DNA of 60,377 bases, from positions 62,001 to 122,377 of IMG/VR virus record IMGVR_UViG_3300042519_000373. One strand, 5' to 3'. The translations under genes and the position numbers were made by a program. The stretch comes from an uncultured virus (IMG/VR IMGVR_UViG_3300042519_000373). Its lineage: Duplodnaviria; Heunggongvirae; Uroviricota; Caudoviricetes. The notes below the pieces were generated by a model. That model made no database searches and had not been told where the DNA came from. It worked only from the letters and a program-made list of their open reading frames with translations. Shown here one piece after another: positions 19,101 to 27,824 of the stretch (positions are counted from its first letter, which is position 1; each line of letters starts with the position of its first letter).

Positions 19101-21000
19101 GTTGCAAACTGGCACGATCTCTTTTGCCTGCTGTGTCAGATACAATTTGTTTTAGTTCTTCGATATTATCTAAAGGATTAATAATCTCAGTAACATCAAG
19201 TCCGTCTTTTTGTACTAGACTATTACTAAGGAATCTAACACTTCCTTGTCCGCCTAATTTGCTTAGACTTGTAACAACATCGTTAGCATCAGGTACATCT
19301 TCTCCGGAACTAGCATCTACTACACGGAACGGCACAAGAACTAATTCTACACCTGGAGGAAACTTATCGTATTGAATTCCTACAAATTTTAATTTGCCCT
19401 CTGACGTTTCGGCTGCAAACGGCAAGAACAATACTTCACAGGTGACCTGTTTATTAACAAGAAAGTCTGCACCTAGCTTGCTATCAACCAATTTGATAGC
19501 GTTCATCATTTCATTAAACAGTTCATCAAACTTTTCTGCACGACCTAAAATTTCAGGATCAGTTGTGCCCTTGTCTTGATGATATTGTACAAATCCTGCT
19601 TTATATCTTGGAGGAGTATTGCTGGTAGCCATAAAAGGCTTGCCTTCTGCATCCTTACCAAAACGTCCGCCAAATCCGTCAATCTTAACATTTAACGGAA
19701 TGTTTTGTAATTTAAAATTACCATTACCATCGTGAATCTCGTCCAATAGATCTAAAAAGTCAATAGGCTTTAGATCACGTAGGTGTGGCATGTTCTTACG
19801 GAACTGTGCTTTAACTTCTGCTTCTTGCAAACTTTCAGCAGTAACTCTGTACGATGCCTTGTATTGCTGCTTCATCTGTTCAAGATCACTAGGTGTCTGA
19901 ACTCCTAATTTATTGATCATTAAATCCAATGCAGCAGATTTTTCTGCACTATCACGCTCTGGATCGCCTTTGTAAAGACCTTGGGCACCCTTGCCAAATA
20001 TTTTGTCAATAAATGCAGACAACACTGACTGCTTTTCTTCTGGAGTTACTAGCGTATTCATTGCATCAACTAAACCAGTAAAGCTCCAGTACTTGCTTTC
20101 TAATTGTGCAGCTTGTTTAGGATTTAATCTCGAACCAAAGATAGATCCAAAAATCTTTCCAATGTCTTGTTCGTAACCAGTTGCTGGTAATGCCTGCATA
20201 ACTGGCATACCGTTACTAATTAAAGGCTGTCCGTTTGCATCTAATACTGGTTCGTATTTGGCACGTAGGCCGCCGCCTTCTTTACTGGATACTGCAAAGC
20301 TGACCATGTTATCAGTTGTAGGAACATCTTGTATTTCTTTGGCCTTGCCTCGTCCTACAGCTTTGCGTAGTAAGAAATCTTTTCTACTTAATGATGCTAG
20401 ACTTTGAATTAAAAACTTGTGGAATACACCCTTAACTCCTGCGTTTAGATCATCCCAGCTGCTGCTATGACTAAATTTGCTCCATGGAGTGGGTTCGTCT
20501 TTGTCAAACTCTACAAATTCTAAGTCAATTTGCACTTTAATAGGTGGGTCTTGTAGCTCCCATAAACTGGAGAATTGTTCGTTGCCTCTTTGGAAACCTA
20601 AGAACTTGGCATTGCCTACCATCTTACCTTGACTAGCAGATAACCATTGTTCTAATTCTTGTTCGTTTTCTTTGTTGACCTGTGTGTCAATGTCGCCTAC
20701 TTTTGGTTTCTTTTCTACAAATTGTTGGTCAGTAATACCTTTGGTATTAAAGAAGTGTAGACTACTTCCACTTAGAAATTGTTTACTCTGTAGTAGTTGC
20801 GGATTCCACAAAGGTTTTTTGTATTTTTTTGCAAAAGAACTGTTGATATTAATCAACAGTGTATCTAAAATTGGTACAATGTAGGAACGATTATGCACTT
20901 TAAGATCGATTTGCTGTGCATCGTGCCCGCCAGGTAGCGATAAATTTCCACCTTCTGACACAACTTTCTTTTTGTTACTAAACAGCTCATTTAAATTCAT
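16192..21000 (-). CDS. 1602-aa multidomain polyprotein: Pol-beta-like NTase, ligase-like domain, HIGH nucleotidyltransferase, permuted LysM, T4-type lysozyme and small modules
   Basis: SGSS...GDID...QID; KIDG...EVLF...EGIVI...IKV; GSFVGHKGH...VGED...MSFTKLR; LNNIKDVNKINAGQMLKLP and YKVMPGDTLSTIA; HEG...YQDTKGLWTVGVGH...LIDLTFNMG...SAWYSQVGRRA. Confidence 0.8.
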   Translation of the reverse strand: MNLNELFSNKKKVVSEGGNLSLPGGHDAQQIDLKVHNRSYIVPILDTLLININSSFAKKYKKPLWNPQLLQSKQFLSGSSLHFFNTKGITDQQFVEKKPKVGDIDTQVNKENEQELEQWLSASQGKMVGNAKFLGFQRGNEQFSSLWELQDPPIKVQIDLEFVEFDKDEPTPWSKFSHSSSWDDLNAGVKGVFHKFLIQSLASLSRKDFLLRKAVGRGKAKEIQDVPTTDNMVSFAVSSKEGGGLRAKYEPVLDANGQPLISNGMPVMQALPATGYEQDIGKIFGSIFGSRLNPKQAAQLESKYWSFTGLVDAMNTLVTPEEKQSVLSAFIDKIFGKGAQGLYKGDPERDSAEKSAALDLMINKLGVQTPSDLEQMKQQYKASYRVTAESLQEAEVKAQFRKNMPHLRDLKPIDFLDLLDEIHDGNGNFKLQNIPLNVKIDGFGGRFGKDAEGKPFMATSNTPPRYKAGFVQYHQDKGTTDPEILGRAEKFDELFNEMMNAIKLVDSKLGADFLVNKQVTCEVLFLPFAAETSEGKLKFVGIQYDKFPPGVELVLVPFRVVDASSGEDVPDANDVVTSLSKLGGQGSVRFLSNSLVQKDGLDVTEIINPLDNIEELKQIVSDTAGKRDRASLQLRREVEEKLMPVKIALEKAIDADPNIIGKDILGQDYEGIVINSRLGPIKVTSQQQKDIITQKNAAKAAARAEQPRGENKTAVVAIGSFVGHKGHQQLFGLTINKAKEVSGDPYLFMGSAVGADDPIPVADKIKTWKQLYPEYAGNISAVTQEGGSLMQKIKHELINPLPGKPPRYDNVIIMVGEDQAKMPIAQALMKAVNKFPGYEHVKVQLEVTPRGTGMSFTKLRNVLKTGDEQQAFQMWNDAFNGGQDGAKPLPSQWIKHLMDVSKTGMSTPQPKPAVKKPAVLPTPQTVQQPALGEMRLFNALMSPKKIVNEKTIEERKRKKSKGAAWGPGPYGWYGFDAGYSGNGGDGGSDGGESMNQENFADSRNPQDNSNSKRQMLKIASLNNIKDVNKINAGQMLKLPNGTTYKVMPGDTLSTIAARQVKDQSSPMPQPSVKQGPNSNIDQTTRDKAQAFVGQQKPEMGGGRGVVNPATVRPDEPTQTGVRSGPNTNIDQPARDRAKAAVTKISSEDDIMNMVKDHEGVKNKPYQDTKGLWTVGVGHLIGDGKTLPSEWKRTFSDAEIMNLFKKDYQHHKQAAEKIPGFSNLNMNGQAALIDLTFNMGPRWWKAWPNFTKAMQAGNIDQAANALKNSAWYSQVGRRAPKIVSLLQSGDRSVAENFADGRNPQDKGDSKRHGVPTKSSVSNLRKVAKQGGRKGQLAHWMANMKAGKAKAKNEDFNGEYDDEAGMAQSNLRTMARAVDGLLKTIKSNDNLPEWGQEKIAKAEMMLVSVWDYLLSQKEMGMDPKINESKAVESLRQIVAELSNEKLGQYKKAAGDQATAADKAGDYAKGHKRFKGIVKATNKQFDNDAKKHREQGMAEAGSNAIDTVSKRLTDPKDGMTAKLRAAGDKKRDSQYMGTQIAKNDRTSKDEWGNLKEKIKGADGKACWKGYKYAGTKNGKDKCVPIGEAYELEMTLAILKLFESNK
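17072..18013. repeat. 51-bp imperfect direct repeat flanking the LysM-lysozyme cassette
   Basis: 17072-17122 vs 17963-18013, 45/51 identical; encode ENFADGRNPQDKGDSKR and ENFADSRNPQDNSNSKR. Confidence 0.9.
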
Positions 21001-21001
21001 T

Positions 21002-21376
21002 TTATTTTCCTAATTGATATAGGCCTTTGAGAATGTCGCCGTTATAGTGTTCTGATAATCGAGTGCATAAAGACTCTCTAAACTCTTTAGAAAATAACTT
21101 TACAGGATCTTCTTTAAGATCAAATTTGTGATAAAATTTCATGCAGCCTTTGTTTGCCAATGGCATCCAAACTTTTGGAGTATGCTCATCAGTCGGTTTG
21201 TTTCCAATCTCTTCTGCGATTGGGAAGAAGACCTTTTTATGCAAATTGTCGTCATTTATGATATACTCTAGTATATCCTCTAACATCTGTGTTTCTTGAA
21301 GTTTGTCAGTTTCTTCATTTCTCGACGGCTTGTCGTTTTTGATGTTTAATCGTCCAAAGAATTCATTTAATAGCAT
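21002..21376 (-). CDS. Hypothetical protein, probable virion/internal protein
   Basis: N-terminus MLLNEFF; first gene of the internal-protein block. Confidence 0.65.
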   Translation of the reverse strand: MLLNEFFGRLNIKNDKPSRNEETDKLQETQMLEDILEYIINDDNLHKKVFFPIAEEIGNKPTDEHTPKVWMPLANKGCMKFYHKFDLKEDPVKLFSKEFRESLCTRLSEHYNGDILKGLYQLGK

Positions 21377-21447
21377 ATGTTTATAGGCCCTAATATAACC
21401 AATAGAGAGGCTAACGCTCTAGTAGAGTATTTAGCTGAAATGTTTGC

Positions 21448-21897
21448 TTAGTAATTGTAGCTGACTGAGGTCACAGCACCGGAATTTACAGCAAATATTG
21501 CACGTAACCATGCAAATTGTCCTGTAAAATTAAGGTGTTCTGTGCGAATAGGACCTTCAATGGCACCTACTCTAGCTGGAGGTATATAGCCCGGGCTATT
21601 TGTAGTATAGACAAACTCCGCATTGTCTATATTGAACCAGTCAGTATCCGCCGGACTCACTGCTAACGTAGCTTGGATAGTTGCTGTTCCTACAAATGTA
21701 GGAGTAGTATTCACTATAAGCGTGTGTAAACCTGAAGTAGTTCCATAATAACCTGCTCCGTGTTCCGGAACACTGGTAAAGACTTGAGTACCTGTGGTAC
21801 CAATAGGATAAAGTGGGTATGCAACTGCTACACTGGTACCAGTTGATCCTATTCCTGTATATACGGTGAATTTAAAACTCTTACTTAGTGATGGCAT
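21448..21897 (-). CDS. Hypothetical beta-rich protein, probably structural
   Basis: T/G/V-rich 149 aa; TAAATA motif upstream. Confidence 0.6.
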   Translation of the reverse strand: MPSLSKSFKFTVYTGIGSTGTSVAVAYPLYPIGTTGTQVFTSVPEHGAGYYGTTSGLHTLIVNTTPTFVGTATIQATLAVSPADTDWFNIDNAEFVYTTNSPGYIPPARVGAIEGPIRTEHLNFTGQFAWLRAIFAVNSGAVTSVSYNY

Positions 21898-21918
21898 ATT
21901 ACGGCTCTAAAGCTATAT

Positions 21919-22602
21919 TTAGCCCTTAACTAATGTATCTCGAGGTATGTATTCGTACACTTTACGAATGTTATTACCTAAGAACAAATGAGTCATGGTT
22001 AACATCTTACTGTCCTTGACATAAAAGAACGGATCTTGTTTATAAGAGTATCTTCCAGTCATCCATTTTTCGGTTGTGGGACTAATTTTAATATTGTCGC
22101 CGTATTTTTTAGCCCACTCGTAGAATTGAAATTTCACATTAGATGCTACACTTCGCATAACAACTTTATAAGCGTATTTTTCATATGGAATAACATCACA
22201 TAAAATTCGTTTGTTTTCGTTATCTAATAAGAATGTTAATTGGTCCGGAGTTTCTGGTTCGGATATTGTCCATACCCAAGGAGATAAGTCTTTTACAATA
22301 CTGTCATAGACAGCAGGGTCTTTACAGAAAAGGCAGAACTTACTGCCCTCTGCTCTGACCTGTATTTCTTCTTTGCGACCTAGGTAAGATATAACTGCCT
22401 TGGTAAATTCACGAAGTTTATCCTTGTCAACTGCAATCTTTGAATATCCCAGATTAGCAACCTTACCGTCACAATAATCTAAAACAGTGTCAGCACCATA
22501 TCGAACTATTCTACTAGAGGCCGATACAAGACATTCAATCTTGTAGGGCCACTTGTTGTAGAATAGCTTATCGACTTTCTGTCGCTTTATCAATTTCAAC
22601 AT
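21919..22602 (-). CDS. Hypothetical protein
   Basis: 227-aa ORF overlapping the end of clpA. Confidence 0.65.
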   Translation of the reverse strand: MLKLIKRQKVDKLFYNKWPYKIECLVSASSRIVRYGADTVLDYCDGKVANLGYSKIAVDKDKLREFTKAVISYLGRKEEIQVRAEGSKFCLFCKDPAVYDSIVKDLSPWVWTISEPETPDQLTFLLDNENKRILCDVIPYEKYAYKVVMRSVASNVKFQFYEWAKKYGDNIKISPTTEKWMTGRYSYKQDPFFYVKDSKMLTMTHLFLGNNIRKVYEYIPRDTLVKG

Positions 22603-24838
22603 TTTCTACTACGGGTAAAATTTCAGGATAAGTTAAGGTAAGATCATTACTGTTAGCACCTACTTCAACAACTCCACCGTTTACTAACCGACCAAATAAA
22701 ATTTCCTTACTCAGCGGCTTCTTAATCATATCATCAATTGTACGTTGTAGTGGACGAGCACCCATCTTACGATTAAATCCTTTCTTGATTAACAATTCGG
22801 CAGCGTCAGCAGTTAACTTAACAGCAACATTCTTATCTTTCAACAAACTGTTTAGTTCGTCAATAAACTTCTTGACAATCTTAGCCATGGTATTGTGATC
22901 TAGTTTACCAAACTTGATAATACCGTCTAATCGATTGCGGAATTCTGGTTTAAAGAAACTGTTAATTGCACCATCAGTTTCGTCACCTCTTTCTAAACTA
23001 CTAAATCCAACTGCATTACGATCGTTATCGGCAGCACCTAAATTACTAGTAAGGATAAGAATGGCATTTCGACCATCAGCCTTCTTACCATTAGATCCAG
23101 TAACATAACCATTGTCCATCATTTGTAGTAGTAAGTTAGCAACATCAGGATGAGCTTTCTCAATTTCATCAAACAGTAAAATAGCAGTTGGATGCTCTTG
23201 CAGTTTGGTAATCAACATACCTGCATTGTCTTCAAATCCAATATAGCCGGGGGGAGCACCAATAAACTTAGCAATTGAGTGTTTCTCTTGGAATTCACTC
23301 ATATCAAAGCGAACTAGTTCTACTCCCATACTTGCAGCCAATACTTTTGCAGTTTCAGTCTTACCTACACCGGTTGGTCCTGTAAATAGGAAACTACCTA
23401 CTGGTTTGTTTAAGCTCTTTAAACCTGCTTGTGCAATAAAGATTTTATCTAACAATATTTCAATTGCAGTTTCCTGACCAAACACTTTGTTACGCATGTT
23501 CTTGTCAAGGTCTTTAAGATTCTTGTTTTCTTTTTGTGCAATTTGATCTAAAGGTAAGCCAGTTAACTTTGACACTTCAAATAAAATTTCATCGTGATCA
23601 ACAATGCCTGCTTCTTCGTCTCTGACTTTGAATCTAGCACATGCACAGTCAATTAGGTCAATTGCTTTATCTGGCAGCTTCTTATCAGTCATATACTTGA
23701 TAGAATATTTTACGCTGTCAATAACTGCCTGATTAGTGATCTTAACACCGTGATGCTGTTCATAGTACTTCTTAAGACCTTTAAGGATTTTAATAGCAGT
23801 AGCTTCATCTGGCTCGTTAACTACAACACGTTGGAATCGACGCATCAGGGCACGATCCTTTTCAAAGTGCTTACGGAATTCTTCCCATGTAGTCGATGCC
23901 ACAACTTTGATAGTACCTTTACCTAATGCTGGTTTCAACATATTTGCCATGTCATTAGATCCGCCACTTGCTGATCCAGCACCGTTCATCATATGTGCTT
24001 CGTCGATGAACAAGATACAGTTCTTTTTCTTTTCAAGTGCAGTAATAACCATCTTTAAGCGTTCTTCAAAGTCGCCACGATACTTACTGCCTGCTAGTAA
24101 TGCACTGATATCTAGACTGTAAACAGTATGACCTTGAATAAACTTAGGAACCTTGCCTTCTTCAATCTTGCGAGCAAGGCCCTCTGCAATAGCAGTTTTA
24201 CCTACACCTGGGTCGCCGATCAACATAACATTTGATTTTTGACGGCGTGCTAGTGCAAGTTGAATTTCTTCAATTTCTTTCTCACGACCGATAACAGGAT
24301 CAATCTTTTTCTGCTTGACCCTATTAGTTAAGTTTGCACAGTATTGAACAATCATTTTTTCTAGTTGATTGCTACCTACTTCGCTAGCCTCACCGTCTTC
24401 GTTTAACGCACTGTTATGTAGAAATTCAATAAACTTGTCTTTATCAATTTTAGCCTTGCGTAGAAAGAAGTTAGCAAAGCTCTTCTTTTCACTAAAAATA
24501 CTAATAAAGCAGTCAATTGGTTCAATTACTGTACGGCCGCTAAACAACACTTGTGTAAAAGCACGATTCAACATACGCTCTACAGTGTTTGTTTTCTTTG
24601 GACGATAATTTTCTTTGTCAGTTTTAATATCGTTAAGATCATCTCGAATAAACTTTTCGAGACTCTTCTTTAACAACTCAACTTCGGCACCAAAATCTTT
24701 TAGCATCCCTTTGAAGTTTTCATCAGTTATCATACTGTACAAAAAATGTTCCAGCGTGATATACTCATGTTTATGTTTAGCGGCAACTTCGATCGCACGT
24801 TCAAACATTCCTTCGAGATCGTTATTTGGTTCCAGCAT
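22568..24838 (-). CDS. clpA: ATP-dependent Clp protease ATP-binding subunit ClpA
   Basis: HEYITLEHFL N-domain; GDPGVGKT, KYRGDFEERLK, FIDEAH; GPTGVGKT, RFDMSEF, GAPPGYIG, GARPL. Start MLEPNN at 24838. Confidence 0.95.
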   Translation of the reverse strand: MLEPNNDLEGMFERAIEVAAKHKHEYITLEHFLYSMITDENFKGMLKDFGAEVELLKKSLEKFIRDDLNDIKTDKENYRPKKTNTVERMLNRAFTQVLFSGRTVIEPIDCFISIFSEKKSFANFFLRKAKIDKDKFIEFLHNSALNEDGEASEVGSNQLEKMIVQYCANLTNRVKQKKIDPVIGREKEIEEIQLALARRQKSNVMLIGDPGVGKTAIAEGLARKIEEGKVPKFIQGHTVYSLDISALLAGSKYRGDFEERLKMVITALEKKKNCILFIDEAHMMNGAGSASGGSNDMANMLKPALGKGTIKVVASTTWEEFRKHFEKDRALMRRFQRVVVNEPDEATAIKILKGLKKYYEQHHGVKITNQAVIDSVKYSIKYMTDKKLPDKAIDLIDCACARFKVRDEEAGIVDHDEILFEVSKLTGLPLDQIAQKENKNLKDLDKNMRNKVFGQETAIEILLDKIFIAQAGLKSLNKPVGSFLFTGPTGVGKTETAKVLAASMGVELVRFDMSEFQEKHSIAKFIGAPPGYIGFEDNAGMLITKLQEHPTAILLFDEIEKAHPDVANLLLQMMDNGYVTGSNGKKADGRNAILILTSNLGAADNDRNAVGFSSLERGDETDGAINSFFKPEFRNRLDGIIKFGKLDHNTMAKIVKKFIDELNSLLKDKNVAVKLTADAAELLIKKGFNRKMGARPLQRTIDDMIKKPLSKEILFGRLVNGGVVEVGANSNDLTLTYPEILPVVENVEIDKATESR

Positions 24839-25338
24839 TATTTGTATTTCCTTTTGATTGATTTCTTTACTGCCAACGCCCACTTGAGAGCACTTGTTCT
24901 ATTTTGAAATGTGATTCCTTCTAGATGATCAAATTCATGTAAAAAGCATCGACACTCGTAACCAAAAAATTCAGCTTCTTGGGTCTCACCTTTTGAGTTT
25001 TGAAACCTAACAAGAATTCCTCTTGGTCTTTTTATTTTAGCATAAATGTTGGGAAAACTCAAGCATCCTTCCTCTTCTTCGAGCAAGTCGTCTGTTACTC
25101 TCGCAATGATTGGATTGAAAAATGCCTGTGCATGATCTCGATATTTCTGATGTCCCATAACAAACATACGAGTTCTAACACCTATTTGATTAGCAGATAA
25201 TCCAATGCCGCCATTGGCAAGCATAGCTTCAATCATGTCTTTTTCAAGTTGAACAGGATCGGTTAGTGGATTTTCAAAATCAAATTCTGGCATTCTTTCA
25301 GCCAATATTGGGTCTGGATTTTTTATAATTGTCAACAT
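24838..25338 (-). CDS. def: Peptide deformylase
   Basis: GIGLSANQIG, EGCLS, HEFDHLEG motifs. Confidence 0.95.
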   Translation of the reverse strand: MLTIIKNPDPILAERMPEFDFENPLTDPVQLEKDMIEAMLANGGIGLSANQIGVRTRMFVMGHQKYRDHAQAFFNPIIARVTDDLLEEEEGCLSFPNIYAKIKRPRGILVRFQNSKGETQEAEFFGYECRCFLHEFDHLEGITFQNRTSALKWALAVKKSIKRKYK

Positions 25339-25346
25339 AGTAATAT

Positions 25347-26180
25347 TTAAGATGCAATTGATCTCAGTGTATTCTTTTGATACTCTGTAAGGTTATTAGG
25401 AATTGATACTTTAATCAGTATCATATGATTGCCTTTAATACCGGGATTATTCATTACTGGCATTCCGTAGCCTTGTATTCGTAGGAACGAATCTGGTTGA
25501 GTGCCTTCTTTTATTTGAACAGTTAGTTTATCTCCTCCAACTGTAATTACTTCAAGGTCTTTGCCTAACATTGCATCCCAGGCAGTGATATTAATCTGTT
25601 CAACAAGATCATTTCCATTTCTCTGAAATCTTGAGTGAGGGCGAATTCTTACTGACAGCATAGCATCACCGGGAGGCATACCTGCAAATGAATTATCTCC
25701 TGCACCTGCAATCCTTAGTACTATTCCATCATTAATACCAGCAGGAATTTTAACTTCAAACGTTCTTTCTTGATGATTTATTAAACGATAGCTTGCAATA
25801 ATTTCTTTACCAGCAAATGCTTCTTCTAGACTAATAACTGTTTCAAGATTTATATTTTTATTACGCTGAGGCCTTCTGCCAAACACTGCACCCAGGTCTG
25901 GACCAAAGTGATGAAAGAATTGTTCAAATCCTTGCGGAACTCCGCCGGTATTTGCCTGTTGCCATCCTCCAAATGGATCTTGTCCAAACGGACTGGGATT
26001 ATCATATGCTGCTCGTTTTTCTGGATCTCCCAGTGTAGCATATGCTTCTTGAATTTTTTGAAAAGAGGCAGTATCACCTCCCTTATCTGGGTGATGTTTT
26101 GAAGCTAGACTACGAAACGCTTTTTTAATTTCGTCTTGTGTTGCTTCTTTTGAAATGCCTAAAGTTTTGTAATGGTCCAT
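25347..26180 (-). CDS. dnaJ: DnaJ/CbpA-type co-chaperone (no zinc finger)
   Basis: J-domain with HPD, G/F-rich linker, DnaJ C-terminal domain. Confidence 0.92.
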   Translation of the reverse strand: MDHYKTLGISKEATQDEIKKAFRSLASKHHPDKGGDTASFQKIQEAYATLGDPEKRAAYDNPSPFGQDPFGGWQQANTGGVPQGFEQFFHHFGPDLGAVFGRRPQRNKNINLETVISLEEAFAGKEIIASYRLINHQERTFEVKIPAGINDGIVLRIAGAGDNSFAGMPPGDAMLSVRIRPHSRFQRNGNDLVEQINITAWDAMLGKDLEVITVGGDKLTVQIKEGTQPDSFLRIQGYGMPVMNNPGIKGNHMILIKVSIPNNLTEYQKNTLRSIAS

Positions 26181-26183
26181 AAG

Positions 26184-26226
26184 AAAAGGTATAGTTTATT
26201 ATACTATACCTTTTTCTAATTGTCAA
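26184..26226 (-). promoter_or_regulatory. Consensus sigma70 promoter overlapped by a 12-bp perfect inverted repeat
   Basis: TTGACA (26226-26221)-17 nt-TATAAT (26203-26198); arms aaaaggtatagt 26184-26195 and actatacctttt 26203-26214. Confidence 0.75.
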
Positions 26227-26232
26227 CTAAGA

Positions 26233-26436
26233 TTATTTCTTAGGTGCTTTTTCTGGAACTTTTGTTCCTTCGTGCTTTTCGTGTATTTTTACAGTTTTGC
26301 ACTTTTCAACTTCTTTCTGAGTCTTTGCATCTGTGGTTTTAACACACACTTTTTTAGTTTCTGGTTTAGCTTCTTCAGCCTGGGCTCCTGTAGCTAATGC
26401 TAATGCTAGACCTGCGACAAAAATAATATTTTTCAT
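26233..26436 (-). CDS. Small secreted/periplasmic protein
   Basis: Signal peptide MKNIIFVAGLALALATGAQA, two Cys, SD AAGGA. Confidence 0.7.
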   Translation of the reverse strand: MKNIIFVAGLALALATGAQAEEAKPETKKVCVKTTDAKTQKEVEKCKTVKIHEKHEGTKVPEKAPKK

Positions 26437-26447
26437 AGTTTTTCCTT

Positions 26448-26981
26448 TTATAGTTCTGGATCTGGGCCCTGCATAGGACCCGGCTTACCGCTGCTTGAAA
26501 CAAATGTTGAGCTAGGAGTAAACGATGGTTGAGTTACTGGTGACCTTGCTGCTGGTGCTCCAAAACTTGGGCCTGCTGCCGGTGCTCCGAAACTCGGTGT
26601 TGCTGCTGGTGAACCAAAGCTACTGGGTGTGCCGAAGCCTCCTGCTGACGGCGAGCCAAATGCTGGACCGTTAGTTGATGGTACGGAGATGCCTCCATTG
26701 TTTGCTCCATTTAATTTCTCCTGAGTTCGACCAAATGCCGCAATACCTAAAACAGCACCCATTGCAATATGGAATAATCCAGCACCTTGCAGGGTTAACG
26801 GATTCCATTGTGTGATTTGTGTGCCTGTTGTAGTTTGTAATAAACTCCACAGAATTGGAAATATAACCATGTCCATAGTACAGACAACCATATACATCCA
26901 TCCCATCATTGGACGCCACTTACTGTTCATCCAATCTTCTTTTTTCTTTTCGCTTTCGCTTTGTTTAACTTCTTCTGTCAT
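26448..26981 (-). CDS. Holin-like membrane protein (3TM holin family-like) with a P/S/G/A-rich tail
   Basis: WRPMMGWMY...FHIAMGAVLGIAAFGRTQEK; inside the lysis cassette. Confidence 0.65.
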   Translation of the reverse strand: MTEEVKQSESEKKKEDWMNSKWRPMMGWMYMVVCTMDMVIFPILWSLLQTTTGTQITQWNPLTLQGAGLFHIAMGAVLGIAAFGRTQEKLNGANNGGISVPSTNGPAFGSPSAGGFGTPSSFGSPAATPSFGAPAAGPSFGAPAARSPVTQPSFTPSSTFVSSSGKPGPMQGPDPEL

Positions 26982-26990
26982 GATCGCCCC

Positions 26991-27527
26991 TTATAGTGAT
27001 AGTGGTAGCCACAGCCACAGGCCCTGACTTAGTAGTAGAGAACCAAATGCACCTACTGCAATACTGCCCCAAAACATGGGCATACTGACAGCTAGAATAC
27101 TTGCACTTAACAACACGATTCCTAGTTGGAAAGCCATGCCAGCAAATGTTAGCCACGGTGTATGTTGTTTAGCCTGATCTCGTTCTGCTTCGATGCTGAT
27201 AGCTTTGGCCATCAGTTCTTTCTTTCCTTCACCTGACTTAGGATCACTTTCGTATCGATCAATTTTAGCCTGTAGTGTGGCCTTACGTTGGGTATCATTA
27301 GTAGCTTCTAATTGACCTTCTGCAATACTTTGCTTGATACTTTTTGCCTGATAAAAGTTCCAAGTATCGTTAGCTTTAATAGTATTACCTAAAATTTTGC
27401 TACTAAATCCGCTAGCAACATATGTGTTGCCTGCTAGTAACAGAGCAATGACGGTAATGACCCATCCTGCTTTGTCTTTAATCTTTGCTTCACGCTCTGA
27501 ACGTGATAGTGGTTTCACTTCTGACAT
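26991..27527 (-). CDS. DUF4337-like membrane protein
   Basis: TM helix, ANDTWNFYQAKSIKQ, C-terminal TMs (FQLGIVLLSASIL). Confidence 0.7.
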   Translation of the reverse strand: MSEVKPLSRSEREAKIKDKAGWVITVIALLLAGNTYVASGFSSKILGNTIKANDTWNFYQAKSIKQSIAEGQLEATNDTQRKATLQAKIDRYESDPKSGEGKKELMAKAISIEAERDQAKQHTPWLTFAGMAFQLGIVLLSASILAVSMPMFWGSIAVGAFGSLLLSQGLWLWLPLSL

Positions 27528-27554
27528 TGTCGCTCCTAATAAGTGTAGTGTTAA

Positions 27555-27824
27555 TTATTTATTTGAATTATCAAATATTCGTTTTTGCTCAGTGTACCAT
27601 TCATTCCAACCTTCTACCTTCAAACTGCATTGATAATACAGTCCGTAATTTTCTACTACAGTTTTTAGCAAATCTGTTATAGCAGGCTTTGAAGGGTCTG
27701 CTTTTTGCAAAGCCTGGCACTTGTCTAAAAGTTCTTTAGGTGCCTCGGGCCATTTTTGTTTTACGGGTACCGCAGTAGAACACGCTGCTAGAAAAAATAC
27801 AAGTGCTAAAATACTGTATTTCAT
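27555..27824 (-). CDS. o-spanin-like lipoprotein (Rz1)
   Basis: Lipobox FLAAC, Pro-containing; follows the i-spanin. Confidence 0.75.
   Translation of the reverse strand: MKYSILALVFFLAACSTAVPVKQKWPEAPKELLDKCQALQKADPSKPAITDLLKTVVENYGLYYQCSLKVEGWNEWYTEQKRIFDNSNK

Noticed and set aside
26184..26214. CIRCE heat-shock operator upstream of dnaJ
   Set aside because: The palindrome does not match TTAGCACTC-N9-GAGTGCTAA.
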